Shown: piece after piece, positions 7,533-15,616 of the stretch | Position numbering within the stretch: position 1 is the stretch's first letter | Layout of the letters: each line of letters begins with the position of its first letter | DNA from: a virus | DNA length: 37,852 bases | Reading direction: 5' to 3' (one strand) | IMG/VR virus record: IMGVR_UViG_3300021560_000036 | Location: 1 to 37,852 of that record | Notes under the pieces: generated by a model | Told to the model about the DNA's origin: nothing | What the model saw: only the letters and a program-made list of their open reading frames with translations | The model's database searches: none | Translations under genes and position numbers: made by a program

Positions 7533-8425
7533 AGATAGTCGTGGGCGTAGGGGGCGACGGAAATGGGCTTAAAGATGACGTCGTTGTCGCGATAGCCGTC
7601 GTACACCCAGTTTCCGGACATAAGACCAGTGAGAGGGTCAAGCAGCCGTCCGAGTTCCCGTGCAAAAGATAGGTGGCGCTTTTGGGCACGTAGTTTGCGA
7701 AGGTCAGGGCTGGGATCAAAAAGATTTCCTTGTTCGTCAAATCTAGCTCGGCCCACAATCTCCGAGCATTCCTGCGCCCAGTCACACCAACTCGCCATGA
7801 CGGTCTTTTTATCGGGGTACGGAAGGCCAAACTCTCGCATCCTTGACTCGGTGATGGAAACCTTGATGAACGACATGAGGACTGATTCGAGGGTGTCTAC
7901 CTCATCAATAACAACGAGATCACGGTTACGGAGGATGCCACCAAAGTTAAGCTCGTATAGCAGATAGAGAGAGTTCGCACAGACGACAGGTGAGAGAAGA
8001 GCATCGTATTTCGCGATCTCGTACGGACAGTCGGCGACAGGGTCGCACCAAGCGCAACGCCAGCCATCGTTAAACTTGCTCCGATTACAGTCCTCACAAG
8101 AGAGTTGGAGGTGAGCTGGACCAGACCGAAATCGTAGAGGATGATTGTGAGTGGGATAATTGGAGCGACCCTTGATAAGAGCAGCCGTAGGAAAATCCTT
8201 TCGGAACTGCTCTTGAAGTGAGAGGGAATGGCAGACATAGAGGGCTCTGGGGGCTAGATGTTGGCGGACGATGTCGGCGATGAGAGTCTTGCCGGAGCCG
8301 GTGGGTGCTTCGAGGAAGACGACCGGGCTGGACCGAAACGCTGCGAGGACATTGGCGATTGCGGTCTCTTGTTGGGGACGGAGTGAGGTGGCCCATGATG
8401 GGAGGGCAGAGAAGGAGAGCTGCAC
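7436..8425 (-). CDS. DinG/XPD-like Fe-S helicase, N-terminal half (helicase domain 1)
   Basis: Walker A EAPTGSGKT, a four-Cys cluster region (CEDC...CAWC...C), Walker B VVIDEVD and motif III LLMSAT. The ORF stops at 7436 right after ...AASLGLVPSSL. Confidence 0.75.
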   Translation of the reverse strand: MQLSFSALPSWATSLRPQQETAIANVLAAFRSSPVVFLEAPTGSGKTLIADIVRQHLAPRALYVCHSLSLQEQFRKDFPTAALIKGRSNYPTHNHPLRFRSGPAHLQLSCEDCNRSKFNDGWRCAWCDPVADCPYEIAKYDALLSPVVCANSLYLLYELNFGGILRNRDLVVIDEVDTLESVLMSFIKVSITESRMREFGLPYPDKKTVMASWCDWAQECSEIVGRARFDEQGNLFDPSPDLRKLRAQKRHLSFARELGRLLDPLTGLMSGNWVYDGYRDNDVIFKPISVAPYAHDYLWRYGRQWLLMSATIISAEEMAASLGLVPSSL

Positions 8426-8430
8426 CCTGG

Positions 8431-8465
8431 GTTGTCAGTCGTCAGTTGTCAGTCGTCAGTCGTCG
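8431..8465. repeat. Heptamer tandem repeat GT(T/C)GTCA x4-5 (14-mer x2) in the RHH-helicase spacer
   Basis: GTTGTCA GTCGTCA GTTGTCA GTCGTCA GTCGTCG. On the minus strand this gives TGA every 7 nt. Confidence 0.85.
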
Positions 8466-9037
8466 TCCGGTTCCCAGTCGATCTTGAGGAGACGGGATTT
8501 AATGAAGGGAGAAATGTGCTCCTCGGCGACAAGTTGCAAGGCGGCGTCGTGGAGTTGCTGAAGGGCGATGCGGTCGTTGCGACACTTGTGACGAGCCTCC
8601 TTGAAACGGTCAACAAGGGAAGCGTTGTCCATCACGGTATCTACCATTGCCATTGACGCATTGACGCGGTCGGAGAAGGCATTGAGACCATCGAGATAGC
8701 CTGATGTAAAGTCGTGCTCAGATTGTCGAACAGTGATGAGTAGGGCGTAGCGGATGAAGTTGGAGAGGGACGGGTAGCGACTGTCAAAGCCACGATGACC
8801 GACGACTTTCTCGATACGACCGAGCGTTTGTGGATCAACCCAGCATTGGATGAGACGGGCCTTCCCGAAGCGCTTGAGGAGACGACCACGGATCTGATCG
8901 TCGTCAGGGTGGAGTTCTTCATCTTGAGTCCGGACGAGGGAGATAAGCTGGTGCGGCGTCATGGAGTCAAAGTCGAGCGGGTCGTCAAGACCGTCCTCGA
9001 ATTGGTTGTTGAAGGCAGTGCGCTTGATCGAAGGCAT
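8456..9037 (-). CDS. Putative ribbon-helix-helix (CopG/Arc-like) DNA-binding protein; first gene of the replication module
   Basis: ATG at 9037, 10 nt after AGGAGG. The segment RLIQCWVDPQTLGRIEKVVGHRG...SLSNFIRYALLITV fits a strand-helix-helix pattern. Confidence 0.45.
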   Translation of the reverse strand: MPSIKRTAFNNQFEDGLDDPLDFDSMTPHQLISLVRTQDEELHPDDDQIRGRLLKRFGKARLIQCWVDPQTLGRIEKVVGHRGFDSRYPSLSNFIRYALLITVRQSEHDFTSGYLDGLNAFSDRVNASMAMVDTVMDNASLVDRFKEARHKCRNDRIALQQLHDAALQLVAEEHISPFIKSRLLKIDWEPDDD

Positions 9038-9061
9038 GGCGAAAAGACCTCCTGGGGAGAA

Positions 9062-9106
9062 AACCACAACATGTGCCCCTCCGAGCCGCCCACAACCACA
9101 ACATGT
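9062..9106. promoter_or_regulatory. Two exact 13-bp direct repeats AACCACAACATGT (9062-9074 and 9094-9106) just upstream of the RHH gene
   Basis: Exact copies with a 32-bp period, lying 25-70 nt upstream of the start codon at 9037. Each ends in the palindrome ACATGT. Confidence 0.5.
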
Positions 9107-9213
9107 AGTGGGTGGGGGGGTGCGTGTGGAGGCGGCAAAAGAGGTCTAATCCCAGGTCAGCGGCCTGTCAAGGGGGGAAAATGTTAGGGAGCAGTTGCCT
9201 GAGCAAGCGCTGA

Positions 9214-9248
9214 GGGGGGAAGGGGAAGGGGAAGGGGAAGGGGAAAGG
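9214..9248 (+). repeat. (GGGGAA)5 microsatellite; a canonical G-quadruplex motif in non-coding DNA
   Basis: GGGGGGAAGGGGAAGGGGAAGGGGAAGGGGAAAGG read directly. It abuts the AT-rich stretch at 9249-9270. Confidence 0.9.
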
Positions 9249-9351
9249 TATCTTTTATTTTAAAGCTTACGCATACTGTCGACCCCTTACTACCACCCTT
9301 ACTACCCTTACTCTTGACCAAACGCTAACACCACACTAACAACACCCTAAC
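9249..9351. repeat. Candidate replication origin: AT-rich stretch plus two sets of triple direct repeats
   Basis: The AT-rich stretch is tatcttttattttaaagctta. CCCTTACT occurs 3 times (9284, 9296, 9305). CTAAC occurs 3 times at an exact 11-bp spacing (9325, 9336, 9347). The region is non-coding and is C-rich on the + strand, unlike the rest of the genome. Confidence 0.45.
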
Positions 9352-9375
9352 ATTTGGAACTTATCCACAGGGTAG

Positions 9376-9657
9376 CTACTCTTGTTCCGAAGACCGCCCA
9401 CCGAGATAGGTAGCGACCGCTCCAATAGACGCACCGATCACCGTTCCGAGGAGTTGGCCCTCAGTCGCAGTGATCTCGAAGGCACGGTCTACCACCGATC
9501 CGATGGATGCGGTGAGGACGGCTGCTGATGCGCCGAAGGCGAGGATGATCGCGACGAGGTCTCGGCCACTGAGGCGATGAAGTTGGTGGTGGTTGTTGTG
9601 GTTGTTACTTCCGTTGTTGGGGTGGGGGTCGTTGGGGTCGAGAGGGCCGTTGGTCAA
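9376..9657 (-). CDS. Holin-like small membrane protein (93 aa, two predicted TM helices)
   Basis: Hydrophobic segments LVAIILAFGASAAVLTASIGSVV and LLGTVIGASIGAVATYLGG. It lies immediately downstream of the endolysin and overlaps it by 4 nt. Confidence 0.55.
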   Translation of the reverse strand: MTNGPLDPNDPHPNNGSNNHNNHHQLHRLSGRDLVAIILAFGASAAVLTASIGSVVDRAFEITATEGQLLGTVIGASIGAVATYLGGRSSEQE

Positions 9658-10403
9658 GTAGCGAGCTTCTGACCGTTCTGACCGTTGGCGGTGATGTTTG
9701 ACCAGCGGTAGGTGCGTGTCATTGGGGTGGAGGCGTCCGCAGGCTTAGTGGTGATTTCCCAAAGGTTGCCTTGGGGATCGACGCCGTAGATGAGGTTGTT
9801 GCCGTCTTTGTCGAGCATGCAGGTAAGGGGCATGAGATCCTCGATTTCTGGATGTGGTGGGGTAGGGGTGGGGGGTTTGGGGGCTGGAGTTGGGTTGGTG
9901 ATGCGGTTGAGGATGGTCTGGCGGTTGTTCTTGCGGAGGTCACAGGGACAGCCGGTGGGGAAGCGACCACCTGGTGCGTTGTCTGAGCCGGGGAGACGAT
10001 GGTAGCCGAAGCCGTGCATACCTTTTTGCTCACAGAGGATGGCGGGCCAGTTATGACGGGCCATGCCCTCGGAATAGAGGGTGGCGAAGGCGTCGATCAT
10101 GGCGTCGGACATTGGGTCGGCATAGGGAGGAGTGGCACAGCCCTGGGTCTCGACGCCGACGTAGTTGACGTTCAGGTCCCGCGCATGCCAGGCGACAACC
10201 GAGGTGTCAACGTACTGTTCGATGTGGCCGGACTGGGTGATGTAGAAGTGGGCGGAAACTTGGGATGAGGGGTCATTGAATCTGGGATAGAGAGTGGAGG
10301 AATCGGTGACCGCATGGTGGATGAGGCAACCGATGTTGGGGGAGAGGGTACCTCCGGTGTTGGTGGTGATTGGTTTGGGGGTTGCACAACTGAACCAGGC
10401 CAT
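9654..10403 (-). CDS. N-acetylmuramoyl-L-alanine amidase endolysin (Amidase_2/PGRP fold) with a Pro-rich linker and C-terminal domain
   Basis: IHHAV...SAHFYI...GHIEQYV...AWHA...NYVGVE...GYH...GCPC matches the T7-lysozyme-type zinc amidase pattern. GGAAGGAGA lies 9 nt upstream of the ATG. Confidence 0.8.
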   Translation of the reverse strand: MAWFSCATPKPITTNTGGTLSPNIGCLIHHAVTDSSTLYPRFNDPSSQVSAHFYITQSGHIEQYVDTSVVAWHARDLNVNYVGVETQGCATPPYADPMSDAMIDAFATLYSEGMARHNWPAILCEQKGMHGFGYHRLPGSDNAPGGRFPTGCPCDLRKNNRQTILNRITNPTPAPKPPTPTPPHPEIEDLMPLTCMLDKDGNNLIYGVDPQGNLWEITTKPADASTPMTRTYRWSNITANGQNGQKLAT

Positions 10404-10705
10404 AAGGGATCGTCTCCTTCCTGTGATGAGGGTGGGGGTGGTGGCGGGTCGACCCAGTTAATGATGTCCGGTTCATCAAGGTAGCCGATGATGTCATCGG
10501 GGTCGAGCTTGAAGTACCGGCAGATGTTGACGAGGTGATGAGGCGGGATCTCCTTACGCCCGAGGGAGTAGGTAGAGAGGGTTGTTGGATGGACCGAACA
10601 TTGACCCGCTACCCACCATTGAGGATGTTCGTCTTGGAGAAGGAGCTTACGGAGCTTGGTGATGCGGTTGGTGTTGGAGCTGGGGTTGAGGTTTGGGTTT
10701 GACAT
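10172..10705 (-). CDS. XRE-family helix-turn-helix regulator. The ORF runs 230 nt into the amidase gene in another frame
   Basis: The HTH_3-like core is LRKLLLQDEHPQWWVAGQCSVHPTTLSTYSLGRKEIPPHHLVNICRYFKL. GGGAG lies 5 nt upstream of the ATG. The tail after about residue 100 is Pro-rich and low-complexity. Confidence 0.65.
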   Translation of the reverse strand: MSNPNLNPSSNTNRITKLRKLLLQDEHPQWWVAGQCSVHPTTLSTYSLGRKEIPPHHLVNICRYFKLDPDDIIGYLDEPDIINWVDPPPPPPSSQEGDDPLWPGSVVQPPNQSPPTPEVPSPPTSVASSTMRSPIPPLSIPDSMTPHPKFPPTSTSPSPATSNSTLTPRLSPGMRGT

Positions 10706-10715
10706 GGCGACTCCC

Positions 10716-10739
10716 GTTGATCGACTGGTTGATCGACTG
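10716..10739. promoter_or_regulatory. Perfect 12-bp tandem repeat GTTGATCGACTG x2 directly upstream of the HTH gene (operator candidate)
   Basis: Read directly. The repeat ends 10 nt from the start codon at 10705. Confidence 0.5.
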
Positions 10740-10846
10740 CTGGCTGAACTGGGAAAATGCGGTACAAGGGCCTGTGCCGTTTGCCCGGTACCTCACCCCT
10801 CGGGGAGGGGTTTGGGAGGCTGAGAGGGGCACAGGGAGGGGCATTT

Positions 10847-13800
10847 TCAGCCTGCGGGGGGAGCGCCGGTGAGGAAGGTAGGAGCGACGCCTGACGCGTA
10901 GGGGAGCGCGAAGAGAGTGGAGGCGGGGTAGCTGTTGCCGGTGGAGGTGTTGTAGGCGTCGGCCTGGGCGATCATGTTGGCGATGTACTGCTTGTCGACC
11001 TCATAGCCTTGGAAGGGGAGGAAGCCGGAGTAGTTGGAGAGCGGGGCCATTGAGTTGGATGCCATGGCCTGGTCGACAGCGGACTTCGCCATTTGGTACT
11101 CGTCAAGGGTACGACGGATTTGGATCTGGCCGATGTTGATCTTGTAGGGGACCCAGGGGACACCGAGGGAGTCGGCGATGAGATAGGGGAGTTTGGAGGG
11201 GGTGGAGCGGGCGGCCTCGCGCATAGCAGAGGTCTTAGAGGCGACCTGGAGGAGGGTATCGATTTGTGGGACGGTGTTCTTGAGGAGGTCGATAGGGAAG
11301 GAGCCGCCTTGGGGATTGGCCGTAGCGGTGCCGTAGAAGGAGTCATAGGTGAGTTCGGGAAAGAGGTCTGGGGAGCCGGAGACCGTGTTGACGTTGAAGG
11401 CGGATTGAAGGGCGGCATCGGCGACGGGGTTGAGGGCGGAGACGAAGCCACCCCAGGTCATGTAGTTGGCGACGTCGCGGAAGGGGTTCCACTGGCGGGT
11501 GTCGAGGACAGCTTGGTCACCGGCGGCGTTGGGTTGGCCGAGGAAGGTGAGACGGAAGAGGTAGTCGGGGAGATGGGAGTCCTCTCCGATGGCCTGGTTG
11601 GCGAGGGTGGCGATGAGGGAGGCGCGGAGGGGGTGATCGGCAGGGTAGGTGACGAGGTAGCGGATGACATGGGCATTCCAGCCCCAGAATGGCATGACAA
11701 AGCGCATGATAGAGCGCTCCATAGGGGACTTGACCTGCATGTCGGCGGCGACCTTGCGGGCGTTTTTCGCACCGTGGTAGTCCTCGGGGGTGGTGTTCCA
11801 GCGGCGGGCCTCGAAGACGTCTTCATCGGTGATAAGAGAGGGGTCGCGGAGTGATCTGTCACGGCCTTCGAGATAGGCGATGGTGCGGTAGAAGTTGGCG
11901 AAGTGTTCGAGGAAGGAGCGGTAGTGGTCGAATGGGGCGAAGATGGCTTTGGAGGTGCGGGCAAGGTTGTCTTCGCGCGCGGCGATGTAGAGCTTGCCGA
12001 GCTTGCGACCGAGGAAGGTGTGGTAGATGGCGAAGGGGTTCTTGACGAGTTCACCCTGGAGGCCTTGTTCGGAGACGCCACGGGAGTAGAAGTAGGGGAG
12101 GTCATTGGCGTTGCGGGACATGGACCAAGCTTGGCGGGAGAAGCGGGTGGGGGAGAGGAAGGGGTGTTGGAGGCGGAGGGCCGTCATGACGCCGGTGCCG
12201 ACGATGATGTGGGCACCGAAACGTGGTGATGCAGCGAGGACGGAGAAGCGGAAGACCTCCATCCCTTTGTCCCAGAGCTTATTGAGTTCGGTGTCTGTGG
12301 ATTTGATGGCCCCGTCGATGAGGTCTTTGTTGTAGTCCTTGATCCAGACCCGGTTGGCGTTGCGAAGGCCTGGGGTGCCGAACTTACGGGAGACGCCGTA
12401 AGGGTTGTAGGGGTCCCATTCGACGTAGCGATTCTTGCGGGCGTAGTTGCGGACGAGTTCGGAGTCTGAGGCGGCAGCGGCCTCTTCGGGGTGGATGGCA
12501 GAGATCTCGTTGCGGGCCATTGTCGCCATCTGTTGGTCGGTGTAGGAGATCTCGCTGTGGAACTCGTTGATGATGTGGTTGATGAGGTCCTGGCGGTAGA
12601 TGGCCATGGCCTCGGCTGGGATGCCGTAACGGGGATCGTAGATGGAGTCGCCGAGGAGGGCGCGTTTGGAGTGCTCGGATTGGAGGTGGGTGAAATGGGA
12701 GGTGGGACCGAGAGTGGGACGGACACGGCCCTTTTGGGATTCGGAGACCGAGGTGACGAAGTAGGGGTTGAGGCCAGCAGCCTTGAAGGAGGAGACGTCT
12801 GACCAGGCTGAGGCTTCGAACTTACGCCATTGGGAGTTGGGGATGAGGGCTTGGACGGCCGGATCGGAGAAGTTGCGGGCGTGGATGGCGCGAAGGCCTG
12901 CCTCGACGGTGGCAGCGTCGATGGGGACGAGGGTACCGTCGCGTTCCTTGCGCTCGAAGAGGTAGTTCTTGTTGACGAGATCGTAGTGGGAGGCGATGTG
13001 TTGGTCGATGATCTGGAAGAGACGGCGCTGGGCGAGATAGGCGAACTGGCCCTGGGTGAGCATGTTCCATTTCTGGTGGTAGAGCTTGGCATAGGTCTGG
13101 GCGCGACGGATTGAGGCAGAGGTTTCCCGCTCGATGCCGGGGAGGGATTGCTGGGCGTCGGAGATCTTGTTGATAGAGTCGCGGGCCGTGGTGAGGGCGG
13201 TGGTGAGAGCGTCGTAGACGGGATCGTCGTGAGGGAGGCGGAGGGTGCGGAGGGAGGTGAGGGCGGCGTTGATGTTGTCGAGGATGGGACCGGCGTATTG
13301 GAAAGAACGGAAGGAGGGGATTTGGTTGATGATGTCGGTGAGGAGGCCGTCCTCAGCGAAAAGGTTGTCCATGCGCTCGTTGAAGCGGCGGGTGGGGGTG
13401 GTGAGGGTAGTGGGGCGACGGGTGTGGAAGTAGTCGGTAGCACGGCGGAGGAGGGTGGAGAGGGAGGCTGATTCGTTTGGGGAGGTGGCAAGGGGAGTAG
13501 GGAGGGGGGTGGTCTCGTCGTTGAGGGCGTGCATGCCGGTGTAGATGTTGCTGACGGTGAGGGCAAAGTTGCCTTGGTTTTTCTGGACCGCAGAGATACG
13601 CTGGTTGTACCGGCGTTCGAACTTGGACCAAGCCCCGTCGACGGTGTCAAAGCCAGGCTCTCCGGTGAAGGCGTTTGTGTATTGTTGGATGTTCTTACGG
13701 ACGAGCCATTGGGCGAGATGGAGGGAGGTGGTACCATCGATGTAGGCCTGGGTGAGGGTCTTGGTCTTTTCGGAGATGTTGGGGTCGGCCATAAAGTCGT

Positions 13801-14749
13801 GGAAGGGGACGGACTTGAGGTCGGAGAGGTTGGAGGGAAGTTCGATCTCACGGGCTGAGGAAATGGTGCCCGAGATGACGTAGTTGCGGGCGATGTTCTG
13901 CTCCTCCTCGGTCATGGAGGAGAGGAGTGAGCCGAGGTGCTCGAAGATAGGGGTACCGGGGGTGGGGTTGGCGAATGAGGCACCGACCTTGTCGACGGCG
14001 TCGGGGAAGGGAGCGACCCGCATCTGGGCGATGGCGGCGGAGTTGGGGCGGAGGATGTTGTCTTGTTGGGATTTGAGCTTGCCCATCTTGCCGAGGACGG
14101 TCGTGCCGTAGTCGCGGAGTGAGGCGATGGTCTTGATGTTGTCCGCGGCCTTGGTGAAGCCCGCGTTGAGGGAACGGGAGAGGGGGTGGTCGGGGATGCG
14201 GTCGAGGGTGTCGGCAGCGGCAACGGCCCCCATCTGGCGGAGGGAGGTGGCCCCGATGTCGGCGATCTTGCCGATACCCCCGAAGTCGAGCATGTCCGAG
14301 ACGGGGTGCTGGGCGAGGAACTGACGGCCCTTCGGGGAAAAGAGGGAGGTGACGTCGGTGTAGCCGGGAATGAGCTGGACGGCAGGCCCCCAGTTGCCGT
14401 GCGCGGCCTGGTAGGCGTCGTGCCAGAGCTGGGTGGGGGCGTGAAAGAGGCCGGTGACGATGCCCTGGACATCGCTGCGGATGGCGTTGAAGGGGTTGTG
14501 GAAGACCGAGGGGGCGGTGTCGGCGGGGGTGCGGAAGGGGTTCTGCCCAGCCTTTAAGGAGAGGAGAACGTCGAAGGCTTCCGTATCCGACATGGGATTG
14601 GTAAAGCCCTGGGGGTTGGTCATCCGGTTGTAGTCGTACCGGACGGCCTGAGCGAAGGCGGAGATAGGGATGTTATTGGCTTGTGCCCAACCCTTACGTT
14701 CGTTCCAGTGTTGGACGAACGTGGCGACCTTGGGTTGGGGAGAGGCCAA
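10847..14749 (-). CDS. Giant virion-associated protein (1300 aa), putative internal/ejection protein
   Basis: Single uninterrupted, non-repetitive ORF. TTG start 7 nt after GGAGG. It sits at the distal end of the structural operon. No catalytic motif was recognised. Confidence 0.75.
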   Translation of the reverse strand: MASPQPKVATFVQHWNERKGWAQANNIPISAFAQAVRYDYNRMTNPQGFTNPMSDTEAFDVLLSLKAGQNPFRTPADTAPSVFHNPFNAIRSDVQGIVTGLFHAPTQLWHDAYQAAHGNWGPAVQLIPGYTDVTSLFSPKGRQFLAQHPVSDMLDFGGIGKIADIGATSLRQMGAVAAADTLDRIPDHPLSRSLNAGFTKAADNIKTIASLRDYGTTVLGKMGKLKSQQDNILRPNSAAIAQMRVAPFPDAVDKVGASFANPTPGTPIFEHLGSLLSSMTEEEQNIARNYVISGTISSAREIELPSNLSDLKSVPFHDFMADPNISEKTKTLTQAYIDGTTSLHLAQWLVRKNIQQYTNAFTGEPGFDTVDGAWSKFERRYNQRISAVQKNQGNFALTVSNIYTGMHALNDETTPLPTPLATSPNESASLSTLLRRATDYFHTRRPTTLTTPTRRFNERMDNLFAEDGLLTDIINQIPSFRSFQYAGPILDNINAALTSLRTLRLPHDDPVYDALTTALTTARDSINKISDAQQSLPGIERETSASIRRAQTYAKLYHQKWNMLTQGQFAYLAQRRLFQIIDQHIASHYDLVNKNYLFERKERDGTLVPIDAATVEAGLRAIHARNFSDPAVQALIPNSQWRKFEASAWSDVSSFKAAGLNPYFVTSVSESQKGRVRPTLGPTSHFTHLQSEHSKRALLGDSIYDPRYGIPAEAMAIYRQDLINHIINEFHSEISYTDQQMATMARNEISAIHPEEAAAASDSELVRNYARKNRYVEWDPYNPYGVSRKFGTPGLRNANRVWIKDYNKDLIDGAIKSTDTELNKLWDKGMEVFRFSVLAASPRFGAHIIVGTGVMTALRLQHPFLSPTRFSRQAWSMSRNANDLPYFYSRGVSEQGLQGELVKNPFAIYHTFLGRKLGKLYIAAREDNLARTSKAIFAPFDHYRSFLEHFANFYRTIAYLEGRDRSLRDPSLITDEDVFEARRWNTTPEDYHGAKNARKVAADMQVKSPMERSIMRFVMPFWGWNAHVIRYLVTYPADHPLRASLIATLANQAIGEDSHLPDYLFRLTFLGQPNAAGDQAVLDTRQWNPFRDVANYMTWGGFVSALNPVADAALQSAFNVNTVSGSPDLFPELTYDSFYGTATANPQGGSFPIDLLKNTVPQIDTLLQVASKTSAMREAARSTPSKLPYLIADSLGVPWVPYKINIGQIQIRRTLDEYQMAKSAVDQAMASNSMAPLSNYSGFLPFQGYEVDKQYIANMIAQADAYNTSTGNSYPASTLFALPYASGVAPTFLTGAPPAG

Positions 14750-15616
14750 TTAGAAGCCTCCGGTATGATTGAGGATGTTTTGGGTGAGGGTGTCTTGGGA
14801 GTAGGAGGGGGAGGGGGTGGGGGTGGTGGAGGCTTGGGCGGCTTGGGCGGCAGCGGAGGCTGGGTTGGTAGCGCCGGGTGAGGAAGGGGGAAGGGGGTTG
14901 AAGACGCCTGGAGTGGCACCGGTACGCTCGGCAGCGAGTTGGAGATAGAGCTGGGAGAGGAAGTTGGCCTGGTCGGTGGCGGCTGGGGCTGGTTGGGCAG
15001 CGGAGGTGGAGGTGGGATAGGCGAGCATGGCCTCCATACCCTTGAGGAGGGCCTGGGTCGGTTCGAGGGTGGAGACGGCGTGGAGGAGGCCACGGAGACC
15101 GAGTTGGTAGTCCTGGGCTGAGTTGTGGAGGGTAGTGGCGATCTCGGCGGGTAGGGAGGAGGGGGATGGTGGGTGAGCGGCAAGGGATTGGAAGTAGGCG
15201 GTGTCGGTAGGGGAGGAAAGGGAGTTGATCATTGGGTTGAAGACTTTGTTGGCGATCTGCTGGAAGGTGAGGGGTTCGGGGGGCTGGGTGGGGGTGGTGG
15301 CCTTAGTGGTGGATCTGAGAGGGGGGAAGGGGGCTTGTTGGGGGCGATTGGGGTCGTTGTTGTAGAGGCCCTTGAGGATGTCGTTGAAGAAGTTGAACTG
15401 CTGATAGGGGTAGTGGCCGGTACCGGGGTCGGTGACGGTCTGACCGGTGGGGAAGTTGTCAGCAGTGGCGAGACCTTGGGCCTGTTGCTCGATTGGCTTG
15501 GAGGCAGAGATGGTGCCACGGGCGACGTCTTCTCCGGCGTGCTCGAACCAGCCCCCGACGGCCTTGGCGGGACGGGAGATGAAGTGACCGATAGATGGGA
15601 ACAGTCCGGTAGCCAT
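14750..15616 (-). CDS. Hypothetical virion protein (288 aa)
   Basis: ATG overlaps the upstream stop. The composition is Pro/Ala/Thr-rich but non-periodic. Confidence 0.6.
   Translation of the reverse strand: MATGLFPSIGHFISRPAKAVGGWFEHAGEDVARGTISASKPIEQQAQGLATADNFPTGQTVTDPGTGHYPYQQFNFFNDILKGLYNNDPNRPQQAPFPPLRSTTKATTPTQPPEPLTFQQIANKVFNPMINSLSSPTDTAYFQSLAAHPPSPSSLPAEIATTLHNSAQDYQLGLRGLLHAVSTLEPTQALLKGMEAMLAYPTSTSAAQPAPAATDQANFLSQLYLQLAAERTGATPGVFNPLPPSSPGATNPASAAAQAAQASTTPTPSPSYSQDTLTQNILNHTGGF

Noticed and set aside
9143-9171. Sigma70-type promoter from the perfect minus-strand TTGACA at 9166-9171
   Set aside because: The best -10 candidates at 16-18 nt spacing (TAGACC, TTAGAC) are poor. I kept it only as part of the regulatory-island finding, not as a called promoter.
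9214-9351. Possibility that the short direct repeats form a CRISPR array
   Set aside because: The repeat units are 5-13 bp with spacers of 0-30 bp. That is far below CRISPR repeat and spacer sizes, and there are no cas genes.
10647-10844. 65-aa minus-strand ORF in the spacer between the 1300-aa gene and the HTH gene
   Set aside because: It has no RBS and its sequence is repeat-derived (SINQSIN comes from the 12-bp tandem repeat). The region is better explained as hairpins plus an operator.
12184-13851. 555-aa minus-strand ORF inside the 1300-aa gene, with similar alternative-frame ORFs such as 18718-19638, 19661-20488, 16356-17537 and 15459-16304
   Set aside because: They are Pro/Ser/Thr/Arg-rich out-of-frame readings of C-rich coding strands. 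In each case the overlapping main frame gives complex, globular-looking protein.
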